A stretch of 64,000 bases of DNA from an uncultured Spirochaetota bacterium (GCA_963835575.1 CAWIGG010000002.1:64001-128000); one strand, 5' to 3'. Positions 1 through 10,761 are shown, counted from the first letter of the stretch. Translations and numbers: made by a program. The notes: generated by a model from the sequence alone, not told the origin.

Positions 1-482
1 ACAGCGGCCGCCGCTATTGACACGGTAAGTCCTATATAATAAAAGAAGTTGTGCTCAATATAGAGTTCAAAAAGCTTTTTGGTCACATCCTGTGTGTAAA
101 TAAGAAAATTATACCGGTTGATGTCCTGGCCGGTCAGTGATATTAAGGCAAATGCGGCGGAAAAGACAAGCAAAACCCAATTTATAAAACGGAGGCCTTC
201 CGCCTTTTTATCCTTCGGGAATTGGATTGAAAAAGCAAAAAAAGCGTATCCGATAAAATACAGGGCCGCCGTCTGGATCTTTGTCATGAGAAAGGATAAT
301 GATTGATAGTTAAGCAGGGCGAAATAATCCGTCAGTCCCATACTGCCGATTAGAACTGCGGCTGTAAACAGTAGAAAAGCGGCCGCGGCGTTCAGGGCAT
401 TCATGCTCCGGAGAATACTTTCGATAGCCATCGCGATGAGGATGCATGCCGCGGTTATCAGGAAAATATAAGCGATTGTCAT
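1..482 (-). CDS. Polytopic membrane protein (possible 7TM sensor N-terminus), runs off the left edge
   Basis: Manual translation from ATG at 482 (GAGG upstream): MTIAYIFLITAACILIAMAIESILRS...FFYYIGLTVSIAAAA, open to position 1, several hydrophobic segments; absent from the ORF track because it is incomplete. Confidence 0.75.
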   Translation of the reverse strand, partial: MTIAYIFLITAACILIAMAIESILRSMNALNAAAAFLLFTAAVLIGSMGLTDYFALLNYQSLSFLMTKIQTAALYFIGYAFFAFSIQFPKDKKAEGLRFINWVLLVFSAAFALISLTGQDINRYNFLIYTQDVTKKLFELYIEHNFFYYIGLTVSIAAAA

Positions 483-516
483 TTATAACCTCAATATAAT
501 CATATAGCCGCACTGC

Positions 517-1530
517 CTAAACCAGCCTGACCTGCCCGCTGCCTTTTTCCAAACGGCCGATAATATGAGATTTATAGCTGTTTGCATTTAAAAAATCCGC
601 GATTTCGTTCTTTTTCTTTCCATCAACGACAAGGGCCATGCCGATTCCCATATTAAAAGCTTTAAAAGCTTCCGGTTCAGTGATTTCGCCCTGGGCCGCG
701 ATAAATTGAATGACTTCAGGGACTTTCCAGCTTTTTTTATCCACGACGGCGTCCAGGTCCGGGGGAATGACGCGGCAGAGGTTGCCTTCAATGCCTCCGC
801 CTGTGATATGAGCGATACCCTTGACCGTATTTTTGAAATTTCCGAATGCTTTTAGCAAAACCGGCGAATAGATCTCGGTCGGCGCGAGCAGAATGCTGCC
901 CAGCACTCCGAACCCGTAATTATTTTGAAGGTCCAGATTTTTAGTTTCAATGACTTTTCTGATCAGGGAAAAGCCGTTGGAATGAAAGCCGGAAGACGCC
1001 ATGCCGATAACGGCATCGCCTTCTTTAATCTTTTCGGGTTTTAAAATATCCTGCTTTTCCACAATACCGACGCAGAACCCGGCCAGGTCGAATTCCTCAA
1101 CCGGATACATCCCCGGCAGCTCGGCCGTCTCGCCGCCGATAAGAGAACAACCGGAATAAAGACATGCCTTTGATATGCTTTCGATCAGGGTCAAATAAAC
1201 GTCTTTTTCCAGCCTGCCGACGGCGATATAGTCCAGAAAGAATAGAGGACTGGCGCCGCAGCAGATCACATCATCGACGCTCATGGCAACCAGGTCAAAC
1301 CCGAGCCCGGCGTATTTTTTCATCTTATGCGCCAGGAGGATTTTTGTTCCCACTCCGTCGGTGGAGGAAACAAGAATGGGGTTTTTATATTTTTTTATCT
1401 CGAATAACGCCCCGAATCCTCCGACCCCGCCCAGCACGCCGTTCTGGTAGGAACGGGACGCGAAATGCCTGACATTTTCAATTAAACTGTCGGCTTTGTC
1501 GATATCAACACCCGCGGATTTATAATCCAT
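517..1530 (-). CDS. purM: Phosphoribosylformylglycinamidine cyclo-ligase (AIR synthetase)
   Basis: MDYKSAGVDI N-terminus; GGFGALF, STDGVGTK, GGETAELPG, HSNGFSL, HITGGG, FNMGIG motifs. Confidence 0.97.
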   Translation of the reverse strand: MDYKSAGVDIDKADSLIENVRHFASRSYQNGVLGGVGGFGALFEIKKYKNPILVSSTDGVGTKILLAHKMKKYAGLGFDLVAMSVDDVICCGASPLFFLDYIAVGRLEKDVYLTLIESISKACLYSGCSLIGGETAELPGMYPVEEFDLAGFCVGIVEKQDILKPEKIKEGDAVIGMASSGFHSNGFSLIRKVIETKNLDLQNNYGFGVLGSILLAPTEIYSPVLLKAFGNFKNTVKGIAHITGGGIEGNLCRVIPPDLDAVVDKKSWKVPEVIQFIAAQGEITEPEAFKAFNMGIGMALVVDGKKKNEIADFLNANSYKSHIIGRLEKGSGQVRLV

Positions 1531-1554
1531 AATAAACTCCCCATTTTCTTTAAT

Positions 1555-4233
1555 TTAAACCCTGGCAGACAGTGCCGCCCTTTCTTTTCTGAGATCTTCT
1601 TCCATATGGCACATTTTATACTTTCTTCCGCTGCCGCACCAGCATGGGTCATTCCGCCCCGGTTTTTCGATTTTCTTGATGGGCTGCGGCTTGTCCGAAA
1701 CCTGCGCGGCCTTGCCGCCCTTCATTGTGCCGAACTGGTCGTATTCGCTGTGGATGGTCTGTACGGCGGCGGGACGCTCTTCTTCCTGTTCCAGCTCGGC
1801 GCTGGTGTGGATTTCAAGTCTGGACAGAAGCGCCATGGCTTCCAGCATAAAACTGGCCCGCATTGCCTTGAAGAGGTCATAGGCTTCCAGTTTATATTCG
1901 ACTATAGGGTTTTTCTGGGCATAACCGCGCAGGCCGATGCCTTCCTGAAGCGAGTCAATGTTCCTGAGGTGCTGTTTCCATTGTGTGTCCAGCGTGTTCA
2001 GAACGATATACTTGAAGCCTTCGGCGCGGATATCATCCGGGACGTTCGCCAAGCGGTCCCATACCCGTTCCTTTATTTTACCGCAGATGAGGCTGACAGC
2101 CTCTTCATACGTTTCCCTGCCGAGGTCAATATCCAGGCCTGTATAGAAATGGTATTTAAACCATTTATCCATCTCTTCCTTGTTCCAGGAATCCGGCCTT
2201 TGCGGCCTGTCAAAAGTACCGAGATAATTCTCGGTAACATTGCGTATAAGTTCATCAACAAAAGCGTAATTATTGCTGATATCGAGTATTTTATCACGTG
2301 TTGAATATATATAAACCCTCTGCTCATTCATGACATTATCGTATTCGAGAAGGTTTTTTCTTATTTCGAAGTTTCTGGCTTCCACTCTTTTCTGGGCGCC
2401 TTCTATGGCCCTGGAAATCATTCTGTTCTGGATCTCATCCTCTTCGCTGAACCCGAACCTCTCCATCAGGCCCATCTGGTTATCCAGGCCGAAGAGCCGC
2501 ATCAGGTCGTCCTGAAGCGAGACATAAAACTGCGAGGAACCTGGGTCTCCCTGTCTTCCGGTACGGCCGCGGAGTTGATTGTCGATTCTTCTCGCTTCAT
2601 GCCGCTCGCTGCCTATCACATGAAGGCCGCCAACTTCCACGACGCCTTCTCCGAGTTTGATATCTGTTCCGCGCCCTGCCATATTGGTCGCGATTGTGAC
2701 CGATCCCCTTAAGCCGGCATTGGCGATGATATCCGCCTCTTTTTCATGGAATTTGGCGTTCAGGACGTTATGACGTATTCTCTTCTGGTCCAGAAGCCTT
2801 GAAATCTTTTCCGATTTTTCGACCGAGATCGTCCCCAGCAGGATCGGCTGGCCTTTTTTATGCTTTTCCTCCACATCCCTGATGATCGCTTTATTTTTGG
2901 CGTTTTCATTAATATAGACCTTGTCGGAATAGTCTGACCTGGCCACGGGCATATTGGTCGGGATGACCGCCACGTCCAGTTTGTAAATGGAATAAAATTC
3001 CGTCGCCTCGGTTTCAGCCGTGCCTGTCATGCCGGCCAGCTTTTCGTACATCCTGAAAAGATTCTGGAATGTGATTGTCGCCAGGGTCTGGAATTCCTGC
3101 TTGATCTGGACCCGTTCCTTCGCCTCAATGGCCTGGTGAAGACCGTCCGACCAGCGGCGCCCGGGCATTTTTCTTCCGGTAAATTCATCGACGATGACGA
3201 CTTCGTTATTTTCTATGACATAGGCGACATCCTTCTGATAAAGTTTATGCGCGCGGATGCCCTGTGTTACATGGTGGACAATACGGCTGTTCTTCGGTGT
3301 AAACAGGTCTTTGACGCCGATTAATTTTTCCACTTTTTCTATGCCCATCTCGGTAAGGACGGCCGATTTATCCTTTTCGTCGACGGCATAATCCCCGGTT
3401 CCCTCAATCGGCTCTTTTTTATCGTTGACCTGAGCCTCTGTCAGGCGGGGAATGATCTTATCAATCTTGTAATAAAGATCGGTCGCTTCCTCGGACGGTC
3501 CGGAAATAATGAGCGGCGTCCTCGCCTCATCGATCAGGATCGAGTCCACTTCGTCGACAATGGCGAAATAATGCTTGCGCTGGACCTTCTGCTGAAGGGC
3601 GAAGACCATGTTGTCGCGGAGGTAATCAAAACCGAACTCATTATTTGTTCCGTAGGTTATATCGCAGTTATAAGCCTCCTGCCGGCTGCATTCGATCGTC
3701 ATGACTTTATAATTGGAGATGTCCTCCCACTCGACCCGGTAGGATTTTTCGTGGTTGATCACGCCGACCGTGAGCCCCAGGAATTTATAAACCGGCCCCA
3801 TCCAGAGGGCGTCCCTTTTTGCCAGGTAATCGTTGACGGTGACAAGGTGGCATCCCTTTCCGGTGATCGCGTTCAGGTAAAGGGGCAGTGTGGCGACAAG
3901 GGTTTTACCCTCGCCGGTTTTCATTTCAGCTATCATATTGTTATTCAGGGCGATTCCGCCCATGATCTGGACATCAAAAGGGCGCATCCCAAGCGTTCTT
4001 TTGGACACTTCGCGCGCGGCGGCAAACGTCTCGGGCAGAAGGTCGGCCAGAGTTTCGCCTTTACCGAGACGTTCCTTGAATTCCTGTGTTTTGGCAGCCA
4101 GTTTATCATTAGGCAGTGTCGAGAATTCGCTTTCAAGCGAGCCGACTTTCTCGACAAGCGGCTTCATTTTTTTGATATCTCTCTGCTGTTTGGTGCCGAA
4201 AATAAGATTGAGAAGCTTTTTCAAGAGTTCCAT
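1555..4233 (-). CDS. secA: Preprotein translocase ATPase SecA
   Basis: MKTGEGKT, VDEVDSILIDEARTPLIISG, TNMAGRGTDI, QLRGRTGRQGD, C-terminal SEC-C GRNDPCWCGSG; start moved to ATG 4233 (AGGAG RBS). Confidence 0.97.
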   Translation of the reverse strand: MELLKKLLNLIFGTKQQRDIKKMKPLVEKVGSLESEFSTLPNDKLAAKTQEFKERLGKGETLADLLPETFAAAREVSKRTLGMRPFDVQIMGGIALNNNMIAEMKTGEGKTLVATLPLYLNAITGKGCHLVTVNDYLAKRDALWMGPVYKFLGLTVGVINHEKSYRVEWEDISNYKVMTIECSRQEAYNCDITYGTNNEFGFDYLRDNMVFALQQKVQRKHYFAIVDEVDSILIDEARTPLIISGPSEEATDLYYKIDKIIPRLTEAQVNDKKEPIEGTGDYAVDEKDKSAVLTEMGIEKVEKLIGVKDLFTPKNSRIVHHVTQGIRAHKLYQKDVAYVIENNEVVIVDEFTGRKMPGRRWSDGLHQAIEAKERVQIKQEFQTLATITFQNLFRMYEKLAGMTGTAETEATEFYSIYKLDVAVIPTNMPVARSDYSDKVYINENAKNKAIIRDVEEKHKKGQPILLGTISVEKSEKISRLLDQKRIRHNVLNAKFHEKEADIIANAGLRGSVTIATNMAGRGTDIKLGEGVVEVGGLHVIGSERHEARRIDNQLRGRTGRQGDPGSSQFYVSLQDDLMRLFGLDNQMGLMERFGFSEEDEIQNRMISRAIEGAQKRVEARNFEIRKNLLEYDNVMNEQRVYIYSTRDKILDISNNYAFVDELIRNVTENYLGTFDRPQRPDSWNKEEMDKWFKYHFYTGLDIDLGRETYEEAVSLICGKIKERVWDRLANVPDDIRAEGFKYIVLNTLDTQWKQHLRNIDSLQEGIGLRGYAQKNPIVEYKLEAYDLFKAMRASFMLEAMALLSRLEIHTSAELEQEEERPAAVQTIHSEYDQFGTMKGGKAAQVSDKPQPIKKIEKPGRNDPCWCGSGRKYKMCHMEEDLRKERAALSARV

Positions 4234-4820
4234 ATATTCTCCTTGCGTTTCTAAACTCAATATGCTCAAAAGATAATAATTGATACTATCTTCCGGCAAA
4301 TATCATGGCATCGTATGCCTCACAGACGTATGTCTCGTATGCCATATAGAATATCATATTATTCGCTTTTTCGAAAGTTTTAGGGCTTATTAATCAAGCC
4401 GCATTTATAAGACAGCTTTTTAAGCCTTTGATGGAATATTTATAAAAAAATAAAAAATGAAAATTGTCTGGAAATGAAAAAACAGAAGCCGGAATTACAG
4501 CTTAACAATAAATTTATGAATAAAATTAAGTAACACGTTATGATTTCTTTGAATAATAAAAAAAGGATTTATAATTTGTTTATAAAAATCAGTGTAAATC
4601 CGCTTAATCCGTGAAAATCTGTGTTGAATTGGGGTATTATCAAATGGCATTTCCTCTTTAAAATTATAAATTTTTCTCAATTTTTATTGTAGAGAACGGA
4701 ATAATAGAATATAATATAGGACATTTTTCCGGTTTGAGATAAATGTTCCGGCTTTAAAATTCTTCGGAAAAATAAAAGAAAACCGGGTTCTGCAGAAGTA
4801 AATAAACAAGGGAGTGTTCT

Positions 4821-6314
4821 ATGATCCAAGCGAAAAAGTTCTCTATTTTATTGATATTTTTAGCCGGGTTTGTTTTTGGGATAAGCCTTCTGACGCTGAA
4901 TAAAATGTTTTTCTCGGCCAATCTGGCTTATGCCGATGCTCCTTCCACAAATGAGCAGGAAAACCCATTTGATCCCGATGAGAACAACTATTTTAAGTAT
5001 TATAGAATGTTTAATGAAAGCTATAACATCATTAAAAGGGAATTTTATGACCAGAAAATGGTCTCTGCGAAAAACATGATGTACGGCGCCATGAAAGGCA
5101 TGCTGGAAAATCTGGATGATCCCTATACGACCTTTATGGACCCGACGATCGCGAAAGAGTTCGGCATTGATGTGACCGGCAGCTTCGGCGGCCTGGGAAT
5201 ACAGATCGATATGCGGGACGGCAATTTAACCGTTATTTCCCCTATGGAAGACACACCCGCATGGAAAGCGGGTATTAAGCCCGGCGATAAGATCATTGAA
5301 ATTGAGGGCGGTACGACCAAGGGGATGTCAGTCAAGGAAGCCGTGGATAAGCTCCGGGGTAAGACCGGGACAAAAGTTACAATAACCATTTCCCGGGAAG
5401 GCGTTGCCGAACCGTTCAAAGTCACTTTAAAACGTGAGGAAATAAAACTGAAGACAGTCAAGTCTGAAATGATTGAATATCATAAAAAGAAATACGCTTA
5501 TATTAAGATGCTTGAGTTCAGTATGCCGACAGCGGATGAATTTAAAAAACAGATCAAAGACAGGCTTGATAAAAAGCCGGACGGGATTATCGTTGATCTC
5601 AGGAACAACCCGGGCGGGCTTCTGAATGTCGTGTCCGATTGCGTCAATTACTTTCTTGATGAAGGCCTGATCGTTTATACCCGCGGCAGGCTGCCTGAAA
5701 ATAATCAGGACTTTACGGCTAAAAAGGAAGATACTTTTGTTCCCCTTGACCTGCCCCTGGTGGTTTTGATCAATCAGGGCAGCGCCAGCGCGAGCGAGAT
5801 ATTCGCCGGCGCCATGCAGGATACGGGCAGAGGCGTACTGGTCGGGATGAAAAGCTTCGGAAAAGGTTCCGTTCAGAAAACCTTTACATTTCCGGATGAC
5901 GGCTCCACGATCAAATACACGGTGGCCAAGTATTTTACTCCGTCCGGAGTCTGTATCGATAAGATCGGCCTGACGCCCAATGTGGAAGAAAAATACTGGT
6001 ATGAGGCTTTAAGCGATGATGAGAAAACCGCTCTTGTCAAGATTCAGAACACAAACTTTATAAAAGATTTTCTTTCCCGGAATCCGTCTGTATCTGAAGC
6101 GAAAGTACAGGAATTCCGGAAGAAACTTCAGGAAAAGGGTTTTAAAATAGGCGAACAGCCTCTGGCGTTTCTGATTAAAATGAAAAAGACTGAAAATGAG
6201 GTCCTGCCGGTCTATGACCTGGAATTTGACAATCAGCTCGTAAAAGCTTTGAATATAATGGGCGATTACAGCAAGTATAAAAAGCCGTTTAAAGTATACC
6301 GTGAAGCAAAATAA
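4821..6314 (+). CDS. S41A C-terminal processing peptidase (PDZ + protease)
   Basis: FGGLGI PDZ motif, DLRNNPGG, SASASEI, GKGSVQ; N-terminal signal/TM segment. Confidence 0.93.
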   Translation: MIQAKKFSILLIFLAGFVFGISLLTLNKMFFSANLAYADAPSTNEQENPFDPDENNYFKYYRMFNESYNIIKREFYDQKMVSAKNMMYGAMKGMLENLDDPYTTFMDPTIAKEFGIDVTGSFGGLGIQIDMRDGNLTVISPMEDTPAWKAGIKPGDKIIEIEGGTTKGMSVKEAVDKLRGKTGTKVTITISREGVAEPFKVTLKREEIKLKTVKSEMIEYHKKKYAYIKMLEFSMPTADEFKKQIKDRLDKKPDGIIVDLRNNPGGLLNVVSDCVNYFLDEGLIVYTRGRLPENNQDFTAKKEDTFVPLDLPLVVLINQGSASASEIFAGAMQDTGRGVLVGMKSFGKGSVQKTFTFPDDGSTIKYTVAKYFTPSGVCIDKIGLTPNVEEKYWYEALSDDEKTALVKIQNTNFIKDFLSRNPSVSEAKVQEFRKKLQEKGFKIGEQPLAFLIKMKKTENEVLPVYDLEFDNQLVKALNIMGDYSKYKKPFKVYREAK

Positions 6315-6375
6315 ATTACGTTCAGAATAATAAATATTATTTGCATGAGAAGAGCCTTTAATCAAAGGAGTATTT

Positions 6376-7218
6376 ATGGCTTGGTTTGAAAAACCCAAAT
6401 ATGTTGTAAAAAAAACCACGCACGCCAAACTGAACGAAGGTTTATGGAGGAAATGTTCCAGCTGCAGCACCATTATTTACAACAAGGAATGGGAAGATAA
6501 TCTCCATGTCTGCACTCATTGCGGGTTTCATGACAAATTGAAAGCTGGGGAAAGGGTCCAGACTCTTATCGATACCGGGACTTTTATTGAAACAAACCAG
6601 AATATTTCCAGCGCCGATCCGTTGAATTTTCATGACGGCGTTATAGCTTACAGGGATTATATCAAAAAGCAGATGGAAAAAACAAAGCTGAAAGAAGCGG
6701 TTGTGACAGGCTACGGCAAGCTGAACGGGAGAATGGTAGATATAGCCGTTATGGATTTTAGTTTTGTGGGCGGAAGCATGGGCTCTGTTGTGGGCGAAAA
6801 AGTTACTCTGGCCATCGAATCCGCGGATAAAAACCGCAGGCCGCTGATCATTGTCGCGGCGTCCGGCGGCGCGAGAATGCATGAGGGAATTTTATCGCTG
6901 ATGCAGATGGCTAAAACTTCGGCCGCGTTAAAAAGATTTTCTCAAGACGGCGGTTTATATATTTCGGTATTGACAGACCCGACATCCGGAGGGGTTACGG
7001 CCTCATTTGCCATGCTGGGGGATTTTAATATCGCGGAAAAAAAGGCGCTTATCGCATTCGCGGGGGCCAGGGTCATCGAGCAGACCATACGCCAGAAACT
7101 GCCGTCCGGCTTTCAGCGCGCCGAATTCCTGCAGGATCACGGCTTTATCGACATCATTGCCGAGAGGAAAGATTTAAAAAAGATCATCTCTACCATTATT
7201 AATTACACGCTGGAGTAA
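6376..7218 (+). CDS. accD: Acetyl-CoA carboxylase carboxyltransferase beta subunit
   Basis: LWRKCSSC...CTHC zinc finger, GGSMGSVVGEK, SGGARMHEG, GGVTASFAMLGD, FQRAEFL. Confidence 0.96.
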   Translation: MAWFEKPKYVVKKTTHAKLNEGLWRKCSSCSTIIYNKEWEDNLHVCTHCGFHDKLKAGERVQTLIDTGTFIETNQNISSADPLNFHDGVIAYRDYIKKQMEKTKLKEAVVTGYGKLNGRMVDIAVMDFSFVGGSMGSVVGEKVTLAIESADKNRRPLIIVAASGGARMHEGILSLMQMAKTSAALKRFSQDGGLYISVLTDPTSGGVTASFAMLGDFNIAEKKALIAFAGARVIEQTIRQKLPSGFQRAEFLQDHGFIDIIAERKDLKKIISTIINYTLE

Positions 7219-7223
7219 AATGT

Positions 7224-7988
7224 ATGGCAATATATAAGCCTGAGCATGTGAAAAATACCGCTTCATCGGGCATAGTTACAGAAGACCTTGTTAAAATCTA
7301 TAAAAAAAGAAGAGTTGTCAACGATATTTCATTCCATATCAATCAGGGCGAGATTGTCGGGCTTTTAGGGCCGAACGGCGCCGGAAAGACCACGACGTTT
7401 TATATGATTGTCGGCCTCATAAAGCCTGATGAAGGCAAGGTGTTTTTAAAAGGCGAAAATATCGCCGGCTATCCGATGTACAAAAGAGCCCTTATGGGGA
7501 TCGGCTACCTCCCGCAGGAAATGTCGATTTTCAGGAAATTATCCGTGGAAGATAATATAAAAAGCGTTTTAGACCTGCAGGGCAAGGAAAAAGATGAAAT
7601 TGAAGAAATAACCAATTCGCTAATCAGGGAACTGGGCCTCGAAAAGATCCGGTTTCAAAAGGCTTATACCCTGTCAGGCGGTGAAAAAAGAAGGACTGAG
7701 GTCGCGAGAATCCTTTCCATCAGGCCGAATTTTCTTCTGCTGGATGAACCGTTTACGGGAATTGACCCGATAGCCATAGCGGACATTCAGAATATCATTC
7801 TTCAACTCAAAAAAGAAAGAGGGCTCGGCATTCTCATTACCGACCATAATGTCCGTGAAACCCTTAAAATCACTGACAGGGCATATATCATCCATGAAGG
7901 CAAAATACTCGTCAGCGGCACGTCGAACCAATTGATAAAAGATAAAGAAGCAAGGCGCATTTATCTCGGAAGGGATTTTTCCATGTAA
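7224..7988 (+). CDS. lptB: LptB-type ABC transporter ATP-binding protein
   Basis: GLLGPNGAGKTT, GIGYLPQE, LSGGEKRR, LLDEPFTGIDP, ITDHNVRETL, YLG C-terminus. Confidence 0.92.
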   Translation: MAIYKPEHVKNTASSGIVTEDLVKIYKKRRVVNDISFHINQGEIVGLLGPNGAGKTTTFYMIVGLIKPDEGKVFLKGENIAGYPMYKRALMGIGYLPQEMSIFRKLSVEDNIKSVLDLQGKEKDEIEEITNSLIRELGLEKIRFQKAYTLSGGEKRRTEVARILSIRPNFLLLDEPFTGIDPIAIADIQNIILQLKKERGLGILITDHNVRETLKITDRAYIIHEGKILVSGTSNQLIKDKEARRIYLGRDFSM

Positions 7989-7994
7989 GCGGAG

Positions 7995-8384
7995 CTATTT
8001 CTTTTTAGCCTTGATTTTTTCCGTCATTTCCTTCGCGAGGACCTGTGGCGCGGGATTACTCAGCTTGAAATAGAGGACCTCGTTAAAATATCTTAAAGCC
8101 TCATCAATCTTAGACTGTTTATATTTGATAAATCCGATCTCATACTTGGCCCATGCCCGGGCATCATTATATTCTTCCGTATCGTTAGTGTAAATTTTAT
8201 CAACTTCAGTATAATAGTAGATTGCCTCGTCATAACTGTAGAAGCTGTATTTTTCAGCGCCCATCTCCATCACTTTTTTTACCGGCATCTGCTGCAACTC
8301 TTTTTCAGGCAGTACATTTGTTCCCCCGCAGCCTGAAATAACAGCGCCTGTTAAAAGCAATAATATCGCTATTTTTATCTGCAT
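7995..8384 (-). CDS. Small lipoprotein with TPR-like helices
   Basis: Lipobox ISGC; WAKYEIGFIKYKQSKIDEALRYF TPR-like repeat; GGGAG RBS. Confidence 0.7.
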   Translation of the reverse strand: MQIKIAILLLLTGAVISGCGGTNVLPEKELQQMPVKKVMEMGAEKYSFYSYDEAIYYYTEVDKIYTNDTEEYNDARAWAKYEIGFIKYKQSKIDEALRYFNEVLYFKLSNPAPQVLAKEMTEKIKAKKK

Positions 8385-8481
8385 ATTGACTCCCTTTAAT
8401 TCAATGAATTATTTCATATACTGTTTAGTATACAATCAATTTTCATTTTCATCAACTTATCCATTTGAGAAACCTTAATCA

Positions 8482-8777
8482 GCCACAGAATGGATTCGGC
8501 AGGAATCAAAAGGATTATCGGGATAGCAGCCACAGAATTTCACAGAATAACACTGAATAAAACTGAATACTAAATGAAAGAATAATGGTTTTATTAAAAG
8601 TTTATTATTTTCAGCGTTATATTTCTGTGTGCTTCTGTGAAACTTGTGATGAGCCTGCAGACTGTGTGAAAACTATTTTTCGCCACGTATTTATTGAAGT
8701 TACGGAACGAAAAATATAGAATTACGATGCAAAACACCGACTTTTCACACAGTCTGCTGTCGAATCCATTCTGTGGC
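8482..8777. repeat. Nested inverted-repeat element containing a ~100-bp MITE
   Basis: Outer IR GCCACAGAATGGATTCGGCAG (8482-8502) / CTGTCGAATCCATTCTGTGGC (8757-8777); inner TIR GCAGACTGTGTGAAAA (8657-8672) / TTTTCACACAGTCTGC (8742-8757). Confidence 0.75.
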
Positions 8778-8869
8778 AGACCTTGAGTCTTTTCTTCAAA
8801 ATTCATTTGCCTTTTTAAATCAGTATTATTAGTATTGATTTAGAGAATAATATCCGATTGGAGGTCCAG

Positions 8870-9541
8870 ATGAAGAAAAGATTTAAGGTAATTTTGATAA
8901 TAATTGCCTTATTTTTTTCCTTTAAAATTCTATTTTCAGTTGAAGAAAAACCTTTGAGCATTCAGGCGGTTCTCTCTGAGATCAGGCTGGATGAAGGCTT
9001 GAAGAAGAATGAGAATATCAATACCGGCAAAGTCAGTCCGGCAAGGCTGGAGGAATTGGGGGATTCCGTTATGGAAGCGTTGATAGGTAATCATGATCTG
9101 CATGAACTCCTTGATAAAAAATGGGGCGGTGAAGGTTCGCCGGCACTTAAGGAAATGCATCAGAGGATCGGTTATCATTATCTTGCCGGCTATCCTATGG
9201 GCATGCTGGGCTGGATGACGGGTTATCCTGAAAATAATAATAATGAGACAAATCAAATATTTAGTCAAAATCGGTTTAGAGGAGGTTATCCTATGATGTG
9301 GGGCAATTGGAACGGGAATTGGCCCGGAATGATGGGCTGGTGGGGCTTCGGGGGAGCTTTTATGGGACTGCTGTTTTTTATATTGCTTATTGTAATTATA
9401 GTATTTGTTATCCGCGCGGCAAGAGGCGGAGCTTACAGGGGATTGGGAGAAACACCCCTGGATATACTTAAAAAGCGCTACGCGAAGGGCGAAATCACAA
9501 AAGAAGAATTTGAGCGGATCAAAAAAGATATCACAGGTTAA
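8870..9541 (+). CDS. SHOCT domain membrane protein
   Basis: C-terminal PLDILKKRYAKGEITKEEFERIKKDI SHOCT motif preceded by MMGWWGFGG-TM; GGAGG RBS before ATG 8870. Confidence 0.85.
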   Translation: MKKRFKVILIIIALFFSFKILFSVEEKPLSIQAVLSEIRLDEGLKKNENINTGKVSPARLEELGDSVMEALIGNHDLHELLDKKWGGEGSPALKEMHQRIGYHYLAGYPMGMLGWMTGYPENNNNETNQIFSQNRFRGGYPMMWGNWNGNWPGMMGWWGFGGAFMGLLFFILLIVIIVFVIRAARGGAYRGLGETPLDILKKRYAKGEITKEEFERIKKDITG

Positions 9542-9771
9542 TTCCTTTACAGGAATTCCTCCTATAAAAGGGCGCCCCGGGCCGTGAGATCCGGGATGCC
9601 CCGCATTTTCTTTCATCGGTTTCATTTTTAAAAGCTTTTTATATTAAAGAGGGCGAATGAGACGGTTAAACTTCTATTATTATAAATCCGTTATCTATAT
9701 GACATAAAATAGTTTTTACCCTTGATTAATCAATTAGTTATTGTATAATCAAAAGGAGAAGGAGGCTGATT

Positions 9772-10740
9772 ATGGAATTCGGCGATATACAGGTTTTATC
9801 CGAAAAACTGATTGCCAATATAGAAAAAGTAATTGTCGGAAAGCGGAACGTAATTGAAAAAGCCCTTGTCGCGCTGTACTGCAGGGGGCATATCCTGCTT
9901 GAGGATGTGCCGGGCCTGGGAAAAACAATGCTGGCGCGCTCGATAGCGAAATCAATTGACGCCTCTTTTAAAAGGATCCAGGGTACGCCGGACCTTCTAC
10001 CCGTTGATATCATAGGCGTATCCATATATAACGCCGAAACCAGGAAATTTGAATACCGGAGAGGACCGATTTTCGCCAGCATCGTTCTTGTCGATGAAAT
10101 AAACCGCGCCACTCCGAAAACGCAGTCGGCCATGCTTGAAGCCATGGGCAAATCGCAGGTGTCGGTTGAAGGGATCACCCTTCCGCTTCCGGAGCCTTTT
10201 TTTGTGATCGCCACTGAAAACCCGATCGAATTTGAAGGCACATTCCCGCTGCCGGAGGCGCAGATGGACAGGTTCTTTGTCAGCTTGGCGATCGGGTATC
10301 CTGAACCAAAGGAAGAAGAGGAAATCATCCTGATGCAGAATAAAACGCATCCAATTTATGCGCTCACCGCGGTTGTCAGCACGGATGATGTCAAACAGAT
10401 CCAGAACCTTATCTTTAACGTTCATGTGGACAACTCGCTGAGGGAATATATTGTCAGTATTGTCAACAGCACAAGAAATGATCCCAACCTGGAATTGGGC
10501 TCATCGCCCCGCGGAAGTATCGCGCTTTACAAGGCGGCGCAGGCATTTGCCGCGATTAACGGCAGGGATTATGTCATTCCTGAGGATATCAAGACGCTGG
10601 CTTATCCCATACTCAAACACCGTATCATCATGCGCTCCGAGGCCAAATTGAAGAATTTAAAACCAGAAAATATCATAGAGAAGATTCTGTCCAATTTACC
10701 TGTGCCTGTTAAGGCGGAAACCAAGGCGACCCCCTCATAA
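9772..10740 (+). CDS. MoxR family AAA+ ATPase
   Basis: LLEDVPGLGKT, RIQGTPDLLP, DEINRATPKTQSAMLEAM, FPLPEAQMDRF, SPRG. Confidence 0.95.
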   Translation: MEFGDIQVLSEKLIANIEKVIVGKRNVIEKALVALYCRGHILLEDVPGLGKTMLARSIAKSIDASFKRIQGTPDLLPVDIIGVSIYNAETRKFEYRRGPIFASIVLVDEINRATPKTQSAMLEAMGKSQVSVEGITLPLPEPFFVIATENPIEFEGTFPLPEAQMDRFFVSLAIGYPEPKEEEEIILMQNKTHPIYALTAVVSTDDVKQIQNLIFNVHVDNSLREYIVSIVNSTRNDPNLELGSSPRGSIALYKAAQAFAAINGRDYVIPEDIKTLAYPILKHRIIMRSEAKLKNLKPENIIEKILSNLPVPVKAETKATPS

Positions 10741-10761
10741 ATTTAGTTCGGAGATTCATTC

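Noticed and set aside
118..513. Track ORFs 118..306 (+) and 310..513 (-)
   Set aside because: Shadows of the longer membrane-protein frame starting at 482 with an RBS
1606..4276. Long antisense ORFs over secA (and similar ones over recQ, the caspase, cbiM and GT genes)
   Set aside because: Antisense shadows of well-supported genes, with no motifs of their own
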